The notes: generated from the letters alone by a model not told the origin. A stretch of 64,000 nt of DNA from Patescibacteria group bacterium (GCA_028714495.1 JAQTMH010000004.1:232-64231), one strand, 5' to 3'. Shown: positions 30,335-40,190, counted from the stretch's first letter. A program made the numbers and translations.

Positions 30335-30355
30335 GATTCTGGTCAGCTGGCGTTA

Positions 30356-30685
30356 CTACGCCGAGATGAGATTGACGCGGTAAACCGACGAGCCGATTGG
30401 AAAGAGCGGGAGTCCTACCAGGATGCCGATTTCCTGGCCGCCCTCCCCGGCTTGAATTGGAGCATGGTGGCGCTGGAGCGAGATGACGTGGATAGTCCGG
30501 GAATTCGGACTGGATTCATTCCCAGGCGTGACACCCAGGAGTGTATCGCCAAGCTCAATTCGCGCGCCAGGCGTAACTTCAACAGCGTTCACGCTCTTGC
30601 GGGGGTAGCGGTGGGTAACCCGGCCAACCAGCTGCAAATCGACTGATAGAGCAGCTGTTGGGGCAGTAGGGGAACCAGTGTCCAT
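30356..30685 (-). CDS. Hypothetical GC-rich small protein (109 aa), first gene of the LTD-protein operon
   Basis: RBS GGAGGAaaa ATG at 30685. 21-nt gap to the LTD gene. Confidence 0.45.
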   Translation of the reverse strand: MDTGSPTAPTAALSVDLQLVGRVTHRYPRKSVNAVEVTPGARIELGDTLLGVTPGNESSPNSRTIHVISLQRHHAPIQAGEGGQEIGILVGLPLFPIGSSVYRVNLISA

Positions 30686-30742
30686 TTTTCCTCCCATGGT
30701 AGATGGTTCGCTTGACGTCTCTGAGCAGGCCAGTACAGTGGG

Positions 30743-30770
30743 ATTTTAATACTTATATATATTTTGTCAA
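30743..30770 (-). promoter_or_regulatory. Sigma-70-like promoter on the minus strand (TTGACA-N16-TAAAAT)
   Basis: Read on the minus strand. Lies about 50 nt upstream of the 30685 start. Confidence 0.45.
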
Positions 30771-30849
30771 GAAAAAATACCCCATTGGTTAGAGGGGTTG
30801 TATCATTAGAGCAGAAAAACTAGCAAATCTTCGCTGGGAATTTAGAATT

Positions 30850-31362
30850 TTACAGCGTGGCGATTCCTTGGGGCGTAGCCTCGTGATCGCCAGCCTCGAG
30901 ATCCTCTACCCCGACCTCAAGGCTGTAATAGACACTGAAAAAGGTCGCTGGCTGAACTCCGATCGGCGTATAGTTATAGTCAACGCCGCCAGGCGTGGGA
31001 TTTTGGGGCAGGCCGCCTAAATATTCAGGCACCAGATCTTGAAGGGAATTCGGATAACTGCCCTTTTCCCCGTAATAAGATTGGAGAGCGGTAAAGAGGG
31101 TCCGAATATCAGCCAGCCGTTTTACGTCACGGGCTTTGGCTACATCATAAAGCGGGCCAGAGGTCGGGATGCTTGGCTGAGCGTTGGTATTGATGTTGGC
31201 GTTGGTGTCGGAGTTTTGATTGTCAGTTGTTCCGATGTCGCTATTAATGTTGATGTTTCCTTCGTGTGATTTCATCGGAAACAGGATGAAATAAAGAAGC
31301 ACTAAAATGCCGCCGATAAGAATGCCGATTAAAATGTAGAGTTTTTTTGGATCGCCTCGCAT
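30850..31362 (-). CDS. Pilin/pseudopilin-like membrane-anchored protein
   Basis: N-terminal hydrophobic helix KKLYILIGILIGGILVLLYFIL. C-terminal pilin-like RLADIRTLFTALQSYYGEKGSYPNSLQDL. Start trimmed because the longer ORF overlaps tRNA-Leu. Confidence 0.5.
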   Translation of the reverse strand: MRGDPKKLYILIGILIGGILVLLYFILFPMKSHEGNININSDIGTTDNQNSDTNANINTNAQPSIPTSGPLYDVAKARDVKRLADIRTLFTALQSYYGEKGSYPNSLQDLVPEYLGGLPQNPTPGGVDYNYTPIGVQPATFFSVYYSLEVGVEDLEAGDHEATPQGIATL

Positions 31363-31483
31363 ATTATTTGAGATTAATGTTTGTTGGTATTGGTAAAAAT
31401 TTTTATTTACACGGTCATTATAGCCCCGATATCCACCTTTGACAAACTTACTTAATTGTGATATTCTGGTATATTTAAGACAA

Positions 31484-31570
31484 GCCGGGGTGGTGAAATT
31501 GGCAGACACGCCAGGTTTAGGACCTGGTTCCCGCAAGGGATTGGAGGTTCAAGTCCTCTCCCCGGCACCA
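31484..31570 (+). tRNA. tRNA-Leu (anticodon TAG), type II with long variable arm, CCA encoded
   Basis: Acceptor GCCGGGG/CCCCGGC. Anticodon stem-loop CCAGG-UUUAGGA-CCUGG. T-arm GGUUCAAGUCC. Confidence 0.8.
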
Positions 31571-31575
31571 ACTAA

Positions 31576-32598
31576 TTGATTAATCACAATAATATGAATG
31601 AAAGAGAATCGGGGTCTTTTCAACCGGAAGTAGAACGTCCGACTCGATTGCGGGAGTACCTGGCTGAGCTGGAGAAGCGTAATGATAAAAGGGTGGCCAG
31701 TCGCGAAGAACAGCCTGACGGCCGGTTGATCATTGAGACGCGCGAGGGTGAGAAATACACGATCGAGCGCCTAACCGATCCGGAGGATCCTCGCTTGCGA
31801 GAAGCCCACGCTCTGATGAGCAGCGAATTCAGTGAAGACGTGATGGATGACTTAGAAACTCTCCAGTCAGCCTTAGCCGGTAAGGTTATTGGTAGCGAGG
31901 AAGATTTGGATACCCCGCTACAAATTCATATAATCGAGCGTGAGGGCCGGGTAGTTGGCACATCACAATCTGCGACACTAAAATGTCTTGATAGTGATGG
32001 AAGCGAAACTGGTAAAAAAATGGTCATGGTTACAAGTCTGGTAACTGAAAAATCAACGCGTCAGACAGGCGCTGGAACAGAGCTTTGGCGCAAGCTGGTA
32101 CTTGATGCGTCTCGATCAGAAGAAATATCAGCGGTAGTTGATGAAGCCGCTGGCAAAGCCGAAACGTTTTATGAAACGGTAGGCATGCGTCGATTATTCA
32201 TCGAGCTTGAGGACGGAACTATGGCTGAGATTCCCTACTACCAGTCAGTTCTGGCTGACAGCTGGAACAAAAAAACTGGTGAGCCGTTGGCCGGAAATAA
32301 ACCCGAGCCCTTACATTTCTCAGCCGCCTTGCTTGATCGAGAGACTCAGGAAATGACAACTCAGGAACTTATGAGTCAGATCCGCGGAGTAATGAATTAT
32401 GACAGTTATCAGGTACTGGGGTATTTCAAGGGTAATCGGAAAGCATTTGATCGCCATGAGGAAATTCTCGGCCAGGATTTAGCCCGGCTTGAGCAATTTT
32501 TAGCCCAGGCTAAAGATGGTAAGGTCCATCTATTAACGAAAAAAGAAAGAAAAGAATCGGGCAAAACCGTTGTCGATCACAAATCGCTTGATGATTAG
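31576..32598 (+). CDS. Hypothetical acidic protein with a central GNAT-fold-like segment
   Basis: VMVTSLV...RQTGAGTELWRKL resembles the GNAT R/Q-x-x-G-x-G/A acetyl-CoA loop. Similarity judged by eye only. Confidence 0.35.
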   Translation: MINHNNMNERESGSFQPEVERPTRLREYLAELEKRNDKRVASREEQPDGRLIIETREGEKYTIERLTDPEDPRLREAHALMSSEFSEDVMDDLETLQSALAGKVIGSEEDLDTPLQIHIIEREGRVVGTSQSATLKCLDSDGSETGKKMVMVTSLVTEKSTRQTGAGTELWRKLVLDASRSEEISAVVDEAAGKAETFYETVGMRRLFIELEDGTMAEIPYYQSVLADSWNKKTGEPLAGNKPEPLHFSAALLDRETQEMTTQELMSQIRGVMNYDSYQVLGYFKGNRKAFDRHEEILGQDLARLEQFLAQAKDGKVHLLTKKERKESGKTVVDHKSLDD

Positions 32599-32753
32599 TA
32601 ATAACTATTTTCAGGCCATAATTTATAAATACAGCGTGGGTTGGAAAAACCCGCGTTGTTTTTAATCTTGACAATAATTTAATAACCAGCTATGATGCTA
32701 GGTCTTGAATTTGTTGGTTCTGGGGTGTTCATGCGAGAGAAGGAGAGACTACG

Positions 32754-32972
32754 ATGAGTCGTCAGGAAAAGACAAGAATGAAGCAGGCCACGGTTACCAC
32801 AATTCGGGTTTGGCAGGAAGGTGGTGTAATCCATATCTCCGGTTGCGTCAGATGCAAACCCTTGCAGAGGCTGAAGCCAATAGTACCGATTCCTGAAACA
32901 GGCCATGTTGTGTGTGATTGTGGCAGGTCCTACACTGAACGTGAACGCAAGCAATTTTCTCCGGTTTCTTGA
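32754..32972 (+). CDS. Small zinc-ribbon protein (72 aa)
   Basis: RBS gagAAGGAGagactacg ATG. CxxC...CxC cysteine pairs (GCVRC...CDCG). Confidence 0.45.
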   Translation: MSRQEKTRMKQATVTTIRVWQEGGVIHISGCVRCKPLQRLKPIVPIPETGHVVCDCGRSYTERERKQFSPVS

Positions 32973-33174
32973 ATAACACCCGATTGAGGCTCATAAGGAA
33001 CGCCCTTGCATTGCTCCTTGGTTGTATCAGCCATAAGGGCGGTCTGATCATCCCTTGAGCGCAGAAACAATTCCGCGCTCTTTTCTTTTATAAAAAAACC
33101 CACCCGTTTGATTGGATGGGCTAGCTACGGGGTCGACGCGTCCGGGATTGGCTCAGTCGTCTGACAATTTTGTA

Positions 33175-33205
33175 TTGACATACAATCTCAGTATATGATA
33201 GTATC
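33175..33205 (+). promoter_or_regulatory. Promoter-like TTGACA...TATGATAGTAT
   Basis: TTGACA then N13 to TATGAT, or N18 to TAGTAT. About 70 nt upstream of 33276. Confidence 0.35.
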
Positions 33206-33275
33206 GTTGGCTGCAGAGTAAACGACTTTGTAAATAATTGCTCTTTTTAAACCCCCTACTTGAAAGGAAGAAATC

Positions 33276-34337
33276 ATGATTATCCGCACGGCAGTCATTC
33301 GCCTCCTTGATGATCATGGTGGTGAATTGGGACTTTCTCGAATGATACTTGCCAATCAAGCCAGGGTGAATCCCGGCCAGCTTAGCAGTTGGCTTAGGCG
33401 GGGCTCCCCGCTTTCTCTTGAGAAACAGGGCTTGATAGCGCAAATCATCTTGACAAATGCTCAGACGAAACCAAACCTTCAGGCAATACCAGAAGTAGGA
33501 AGGATATTAGCTATCCTGGAGACATTTGTGCCTAGGATCGTGGTGCAAACACGAGATCCGAGCGCAGCTTGGAAAGGTGAACCAATCTTTTACCAGACAC
33601 CTTTCTACATGCCGAGATATTTAGATGAAGACGCCGGTTCTACAGTACAGGGCAGAGTAGTTCGTATCGCAATTACCGGTGGTCCGAAGACTGGAAAAAC
33701 AAGCCTGCTCCTCAAGCTCTGGGGCACTGCCCGGTCAAGCTGTTCCCCTGTCTATATTGATTTACGATGGTTCAGAGAATCAAGTAGATCAATATGTTCC
33801 TGGCTACAGGAGCAATGTGAAATTCAGATTCGCGGTGGGGCATTGGGATCGAGAATCTTCATCGACCCCCCCGATCTTGATGAATGGCTGACAACGAACA
33901 TTCTACTTTATGCTCGCAAAAACCGTTGTCTCATCCTCCTGGACCATCCTGAGCTACTTTCTCAAGACGCCCTCGCGACACTGAATGAAATCTTCTGGTA
34001 TCTAGCTCATTCGGTGAATCGATTCTACTGCGGCCTAGTGTTCGGATGTGATCCCTCTCATCCAAACCCGAAGTGCGTTTCAGGGACTTTCCCAGACGAA
34101 TTGCGCCATATTCCGACCGTCAATCTGCATGAACGTCAGGTATATGATCTCATCCAGACTCATGGCGTCGATGCAGATCCGCATCAGGTTTTCGAACGGC
34201 ACCAGGGTCATGTCTTCCTGACCCAGACACATCTGGCCGAACTTCATGGAGCGCCTCTAGGCACAGAAGAGAGTGCGCTTAAGATGGTATTGAAAGAGGA
34301 AGAACAGCCGGCTGCCATGCAGGGATGTGGGGCTTGA
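33276..34337 (+). CDS. XRE-type HTH domain fused to a P-loop NTPase (AAA/STAND-like)
   Basis: HTH-like LSRMILANQARVNPGQLSSWLRRG. Walker A ITGGPKTGKTSLL. Walker B CLILLDHPE. GC about 55 %. Confidence 0.5.
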   Translation: MIIRTAVIRLLDDHGGELGLSRMILANQARVNPGQLSSWLRRGSPLSLEKQGLIAQIILTNAQTKPNLQAIPEVGRILAILETFVPRIVVQTRDPSAAWKGEPIFYQTPFYMPRYLDEDAGSTVQGRVVRIAITGGPKTGKTSLLLKLWGTARSSCSPVYIDLRWFRESSRSICSWLQEQCEIQIRGGALGSRIFIDPPDLDEWLTTNILLYARKNRCLILLDHPELLSQDALATLNEIFWYLAHSVNRFYCGLVFGCDPSHPNPKCVSGTFPDELRHIPTVNLHERQVYDLIQTHGVDADPHQVFERHQGHVFLTQTHLAELHGAPLGTEESALKMVLKEEEQPAAMQGCGA

Positions 34338-34443
34338 GAAGATCACACCAGTAGGATTTCCGATTGATCGGAAAACACCGCTGGTTTTTTTTATTGTTTA
34401 TTAAAAAAGTCCCATCCATTTAATTGGACGGGATCGGTTTGAA

Positions 34444-35292
34444 CTATTTGAGACCGAGCTTCTGACGTAGGCCCACGACTGGTTCAGGAGCGTCTCGGAC
34501 TGGAGAGTCGCCTTCTTGGCGGAAGCGTAGGAGTGTTTTGTATGCGGCCTCAAAGACTCGAGGAGAAATCTCTCGGGCGATAGCCACGATTTCGGGTTGC
34601 GAGGCGCGCTTGTCCGGGTGGTCTGTCACGATGCAGGCTGGCTGGTACGGAATACCGAGCTCGCCGGCCAGAGGACTCTCCGGCAGGGCAGTGGCCATTC
34701 CGACAATCATAATCCGGCGCGAACGCTTATCATCCATATCAGCATCGGTTTCGAACTGAGGCCCTGGAATGATATCCAAGAGACCATCGTCATGCACGCT
34801 TAATCCTAAGGTAGTACATTCTCGAGCAAAGACAGTTCGCTGAACCCGATCAAATGGATGTCTCCATTCGCGGTAAAACTCTGGTCCAGCTTCATCTGGC
34901 ATGAGGTCTGAAAAACTCAAGGGACAAAAGATTGGAGTTAGATAGTTGTCGGGCAACACCACATCCTTGATTCGTACTCCAGCGGCAGCTGAACCCACGC
35001 AGCTGATTGCCAGGATCCTGTTCACCCCTTGCTGGGCCAGCGCGAGGATGTAGGCACAGCGCGTGCTGTGTTCAATTAGGTGAGCCAGGCGGTAGGCACC
35101 CTTATCTAACGGTTGAGTTGCACAGTGGCGGTTGACATGCCAGAAGACCTGATCATTGATCCGGCATCTCTGAATCCAGACAGTTCCAAATCGTGTCTCA
35201 ACCCGGATATCCTCGTAGTCATTCACCCACCCACCCAGGTCAGTGGCGCCAGTTCCGGTAATAATGGCATATGGCAGGACTGTTTCTTTCAC
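34444..35292 (-). CDS. PNP/MTAP-family nucleoside phosphorylase (trimeric purine nucleoside / 5'-methylthioadenosine phosphorylase-like)
   Basis: AIITGTGATDL N-terminus, VFWHVNRH (the MTAP RHG motif), LAISCVGS. GC-rich. Confidence 0.65.
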   Translation of the reverse strand: MKETVLPYAIITGTGATDLGGWVNDYEDIRVETRFGTVWIQRCRINDQVFWHVNRHCATQPLDKGAYRLAHLIEHSTRCAYILALAQQGVNRILAISCVGSAAAGVRIKDVVLPDNYLTPIFCPLSFSDLMPDEAGPEFYREWRHPFDRVQRTVFARECTTLGLSVHDDGLLDIIPGPQFETDADMDDKRSRRIMIVGMATALPESPLAGELGIPYQPACIVTDHPDKRASQPEIVAIAREISPRVFEAAYKTLLRFRQEGDSPVRDAPEPVVGLRQKLGLK

Positions 35293-35385
35293 ATTCCACC
35301 TCCCTTATCTTGTTATTGTGGTTGGCCTTTTATAATGAACAGCCAGTGAGTGTAGCAGAAGAATAGAGTACGCGCAAAGCAGAGG

Positions 35386-35414
35386 TTGACACCCCCATAG
35401 AAACTTGCTATTAT
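35386..35414 (+). promoter_or_regulatory. Strong sigma-70 promoter (TTGACA-N17-TATTAT) upstream of the 23S rRNA
   Basis: Consensus -35 box with 17-nt spacer. Followed by hairpin ccgcc-gcctga-ggcgg + TTTTT at 35521-35550. Confidence 0.6.
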
Positions 35415-35883
35415 GAAGGTACAAAAATAAACAGTTTATCCACAAAACACCGAATATGAGCACAAATAACCTAGTTTTCACACCACCAGGCGGCTAAGCC
35501 CATATATTTATTTTATGGCAAAGTACTTCCGCCGCCTGAGGCGGAATTTTTGTGCCCAGAATCAGTTGAAAAGCGCGTTCGTTGACAATTGAAGGTTAAT
35601 GTAAGGTGATATTAAATAATCCAACATTATCATTAAAGTTGTGGTTGACCCGAGTAAATCGGGACAACAAGGGCACACGGTGGATGCCTAGACACCAAAA
35701 GCCGAAGAAGGACGTAGCAGCCTGCGAAAAGCCTCGGGGAGGTGGCAAGCAACCTTTGATCCGGGGATATCCCAATGGGGTAACCCGTTTCGATAGAAGA
35801 TCGAAACATCATATGCTGAATACATAGGCATGTGAAGACTACCCGGCGAATTGAAACATCTTAGTAGCCGGAGGAACAGAAAT

Positions 35884-35970
35884 AAATTAAGTTAGTTAAT
35901 TAGTAATTGGTTGATTGGTACATTGGCTTTGCCAATTATCAAATTTGCCAATTAACTAATTAACTAATCA
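35884..35970 (+). repeat. AT-rich palindromic expansion segment inside the 23S
   Basis: aaattaagttagttaattagtaattggttgattggtacattggctttgccaattatcaaatttgccaattaactaattaactaatcaa. Absent from E. coli 23S at this position. Confidence 0.6.
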
Positions 35971-37217
35971 ATTCCCCTAGTAGTGGCGAGCGAACGGGGA
36001 AAAGCCCAAACTATTTTTGCAGTTTCGCTTATGGCGAGACGAGGGTGCAAGCCCTAACGCAAGAATGGGGTAGTGAGTGATTACGTCTGGAGCTTGTAAA
36101 ATCCAGGATGGAGCCTATTTAGAAATCTTTCCTAGAAAAATCCGCTGGAAAGCGGAGCCAAAGAAGGTGACAGCCCTGTAATCGAAAGGAGTTTTCGCTC
36201 CATGGTAATTTTCTCGAGTAGCACAGGACACGTGAAATCTTGTGCGAATCAGGGACGACTATAAAAGTCTTGTCGCCCGTGAGCGCCGATGAGGCGCTAA
36301 TGGGTGACGAGATGTCCCAAGGCTAAATACTTTTGGTGATCGATAGTGAACCAGTACCGTGAGGGAAAGGTGAAAAACACCCCGGTGAGGGGAGTGAAAT
36401 AGTATCTGAAACCATGTGCCTACAAGGAGTCAGAGCCGTGTACCGCTCACTTCGTTCGGGTTACCCGGGCAAGTCCATTGAAAACGTTAAACATAACGTT
36501 AGGGGCTTGTCGTGTACCGGAGCGCAGCGATTGGTACACGGTGATGGCGTGCCTATTGAAGAATGAACCAACGAGTTAGTTAGGTGCAGTTTGGTTAAGC
36601 CCGTTTCTAGGGCGAAGCCAGAGTGAAAGCGAGCGTGAATAACGCGTTTTGAGGTTTAGTTTTTCGTCGTTCTCTTAATTGAGGCGGCGAAGGACTATTC
36701 TTCTATGATTGTACCTACTAGACCCGAAGCCAGGTGAGCTATCCATGGCCAGGTTGAAGGTGGGGTTAAACCCACTGGAGGACCGAACCCACTAGCCGTG
36801 CAACACTAGGGGATGAGTTGTGGATAGAGGAGAAATTCCAATCGAACTTGGCAATAGCTGGTTCTCCCCGAAATAGCTTTAGGGCTAGCCTGATACGTTT
36901 TGTCTTTTCCGAGGTAGAGCACTGAATGGGTGCGGATGGCTTTTGCCTACTGCATCCAACCAAACTCCGAATGCGGAAAAGAACAGTATTGGAGTCAGAC
37001 CGTGGGGGCTAAGCTTCACTGGTCTAAAGGGAAACAGCCCAGATCACCGTCTAAGGTCCTTAAATCTCGATTAAGTGTAAAAGGTGGTGAAATGACTTTT
37101 ACAACTAGGAGGTTGGCTTAGAAGCAGCCATCCTTTAAAGAAAGCGTAACAGCTCACTAGTCAAGTTGTTTTGCGCCGAAAATTATCGGGGCTAAATCGA
37201 GTACCGAAGACGTGACC

Positions 37218-37329
37218 CTGTACCACTCACTTCGCTTCGCGAAGTTCGGGTGCAGGACTTTGCCACTTAGCCAAAGTGGATGCAAGTCCTGGAACCCGAG
37301 CGACGTGGAACGGAGCGAGTGGTTCAGGG
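37218..37329 (+). repeat. 112-nt hairpin element inserted in the 23S at the helix-45 region (copy A)
   Basis: ctgtaccactcacttcgcttcg...cgtggaacggagcgagtggttcaggg. Replaces a short E. coli hairpin between GAAGCTGCGG and GGTAGGGGAGCG. Confidence 0.65.
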
Positions 37330-37829
37330 GGTAGGGGAGCGTTCCATATTCATTGAAGTCGTTTCGTGAGAAACGGTGGAGGATATGGAAGTGAGAATGT
37401 TGGTATAAGTAGCAAAAATCCGGGTGAAAACCCCGGACACCGAAAGCTCGAGGTTTCCTGGGCAACGCAAATCGTCCCAGGGTTAGGCGGTCCTAAGCTA
37501 AAGCCGAAAGGCGTAGGCGATGGACAGCTGGTTAATATTCCAGCCCTTCCGGTTGATTGTTTTTCTCCGACGCAGTTGGTGAATCCGAGCGGATTCTTGG
37601 ATATGTCCGTTGTCGGTTCCGCGCAAGCGGGATTGACGAAAGAGAAAGCTTCGGCAGACTCGATTTGGACGATCCATCTGCCAAGAAAAAGAGAAAAACG
37701 CGTGTCAACTGGAAACCGTACCGCAAACCAACACAGGTGAGCAGCCTCGCAGAAGAGGTAAGGTGAACGAGAGAACCCTCGTTTAGGAACTCGGCAAAAC
37801 AGTGGTCGTAACTTCGGGATAAGACCTCC

Positions 37830-37941
37830 CTGTACCACTCACTTCGCTTTGCTGCGTTCGGGTACAGGACTTCACTCATCACATATGGTGAGCGCAAGCC
37901 CTGATACCCGAGCGACGTGGAACGGAGCGAGTGGTTCAGGG
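37830..37941 (+). repeat. Second copy of the same 112-nt element, about 90 % identical, inserted at the helix-63 variable region (copy B)
   Basis: ctgtaccactcacttcgctttgctgcgttcgggtacaggact...cccgagcgacgtggaacggagcgagtggttcaggg. A partial third copy lies at 36439-36460. Confidence 0.65.
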
Positions 37942-38085
37942 CGCAGTGAATGATTCCAAGCGACTGTTTACCAAAAACACAGGTCCCTGCTAAGCCGTAA
38001 GGCGACGTATAGGGGCTGATGCCTGGCCAGTGTCAGAACGTTAAGCCAAGGGGTGAGAGCCTCGAAGCTAAGCGCTGATGAACGC

Positions 38086-38165
<80 letters not shown>

Positions 38166-38417
38166 GGAAACTCTCTCAACGAGGGACTCGGCGAAATTGC
38201 AAGACCGGTAAAGATGCCGGTTACCCACGAATAGACGAAAAGACCCCGTGAAGCTTTACTACACCTTGATATTGACATATCGCTGAACTTGTTTGAGCAT
38301 AAGTGGGAGACTTTGATCTCCGGGCGCCAGCCCGGGGGGAGTCGAAATGTGAGATACCACTCTAGCTTAATGATATGTCTAACCCCTTGCCTTTACAGAG
38401 GCTGGGGGACAGTGTCT

Positions 38418-38448
<31 letters not shown>

Positions 38449-38674
38449 CAAAAAGTAACGGAGGCGTTTACAAAGGTTGGCTAAGTCCCGATGGAAACGG
38501 GACGCGTCGTGTAAAGGCACAAGCCAGCTTTACTGCAAGGGCGGCAACCCGCGCAGTTACGAAAGTAGAACTTAGTGATCCGACCGTACGTAATAGGACG
38601 GCGGAAGCTCATCGGATAAAAGTTACTCCGGGGATAACAGGCTGATCGCGCCCAAGCGTCCACAGCGACGGCGC

Positions 38675-38715
<41 letters not shown>

Positions 38716-38746
38716 AAGAAGCTCCCAAGGGTTTGGCTGTTCGCCA

Positions 38747-38798
<52 letters not shown>

Positions 38799-39284
38799 CT
38801 ATCTGTCGTGGGCGTTGGATGTTTGACCGGGGACTCTTCTCTAGTACGAGAGGACCGAGAAGAACGAACCTCTAGTGAATGAGCTGTCCGACCACGGGCA
38901 TAAGCTCAGTAGCTACGTTCGGCCAGGATAAACGCTGAAAGCATCTAAGCGTGAAACCTTCCCCAAGATAAGACATCTTTCAGATCCCAAAGAGATTATT
39001 TGGTTGATAGGCTCCAGGTGTACGGCCCGTAAGGGCTTTAGCCGAGGAGTACTAATAGATCGTGTCCCGATTTACTCAGATTAATCACAGCCATGGTTGG
39101 ATTAATTTATTATCACCTTATTTAGAAGCATGATTAAGAAGTTTAAAGTAACACTGACTCTGGCGCTTTTGGTTGTTTTAGTGTCGGTATTTATCGGCGT
39201 GGTATTCTTACTATCGCCTACGCAGATTTCGTTCTAGCACATATTCAGCACATTTATAAATAATTAAGCGAATTCCAGATTACG

Positions 39285-39405
39285 GTTCCGGGTGTCTCAA
39301 GCAGGTTGGCCACACCCGATCCCTTTCCGAACTCGGCCGTTAAGCAACCAAGCGCTGATGATACTTGCCCCTTGTGGGCGTGGGAAAGTAGGCAGGTGCC
39401 CGGAA
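39285..39405 (+). rRNA. rrf: 5S ribosomal RNA
   Basis: CCGAACTCGGCCGTTAAGC...GCGCTGATGATACTTG...GGGAAAGTAGG. Ends pair. Boundaries are accurate to about 5 nt. Confidence 0.8.
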
Positions 39406-39438
39406 CTGTGAACTGGAGTTTAGACACTCTAGCGTGAA

Positions 39439-39469
39439 AAAGGCTCTCGAGAGGACGGGAGCTTTTTTC
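39439..39469 (+). repeat. 31-bp direct repeat a (3' flank of the 5S gene, ...gggagcTTTTTTc)
   Basis: aaaggctctcgagaggacgggagcttttttc. Identical copy at 40079-40109. Confidence 0.7.
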
Positions 39470-39506
39470 TTTGTTACGAATGACAATAGGTGTATAATTC
39501 AATAAT

Positions 39507-40067
39507 ATGAAAGTAATTTCGAAAGAAGACAAATATATTTTACATTTAACAATTTATTTAGTTGTTCTATTGGTTTTAGGATTTATTTTATCTATTTTAA
39601 TAAACAAAATATTCACAAGCATTACGAACAGATATCATATTTTATTGGACAATACATTTATTATTCCTTTTTACGCGGCGTTTTTTGGTGCATGTCTAGC
39701 ATTTATATTTAATGGAATATCAAGATATTCTTATAAGAAATATTATTATCGGTCGTTAAAGGTTGGATTATTATATGAACTTAAAATAGCGAGGGACAGG
39801 ATGGATGATAAGGGTCTTCCTGGAATATCTTTTGAAGTATTTAAGACTTGTTGCTCCGATCCAATATTTTTACAGAAGATAGAAAAGGATATTCCAGATT
39901 TTTTAAGTAAGTCTTGGGAAATAATAACCGAATTAAGATTTGTTAAAATGGTGGGCGGTAGAACTGCTTGGAGTACAGCAGCGGCAGATTTCAAAGAAAC
40001 CGAGCACTACGAATCATTGTGTAATATATGCGAAATATTAGAAAAATCTATTAAAGAAAAAAAATAA
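39507..40067 (+). CDS. AT-rich membrane protein (186 aa), hypothetical, in a single-gene insertion
   Basis: Two N-terminal TM helices then a soluble domain. GC about 30 % against 48-50 % for the neighbours. Flanked by the 31-bp direct repeats. Confidence 0.5.
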   Translation: MKVISKEDKYILHLTIYLVVLLVLGFILSILINKIFTSITNRYHILLDNTFIIPFYAAFFGACLAFIFNGISRYSYKKYYYRSLKVGLLYELKIARDRMDDKGLPGISFEVFKTCCSDPIFLQKIEKDIPDFLSKSWEIITELRFVKMVGGRTAWSTAAADFKETEHYESLCNICEILEKSIKEKK

Positions 40068-40078
40068 CTATCAATATC

Positions 40079-40109
40079 AAAGGCTCTCGAGAGGACGGGA
40101 GCTTTTTTC
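40079..40109 (+). repeat. 31-bp direct repeat b
   Basis: Identical to 39439-39469. Confidence 0.7.
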
Positions 40110-40190
40110 GTTGCCATAGAACCAACAAAAGTGATGAGCAGAAGATAATCCTTCAGTATTTACATTGCCGAAGCCTAGGGCAAACCCCGC
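40103..40190 (+). repeat. Copy 3 of the ~80-bp repeat family
   Basis: TTTTTTCGTTGCCATAGAACCAACAAAAGTGATGAGCAGAAGATAATCCTTCAGTATTTACATTGCCGAAGCCTAGGGCAAACC. Followed by the stem ccccgcccctatcc...ggataggagcgggg, which encloses about 100 nt. Confidence 0.7.

Noticed and set aside
30850-31536. The long 228-aa form of the pilin-like ORF
   Set aside because: Its 5' part overlaps tRNA-Leu on the opposite strand. The start was trimmed to the internal Met at 31362.
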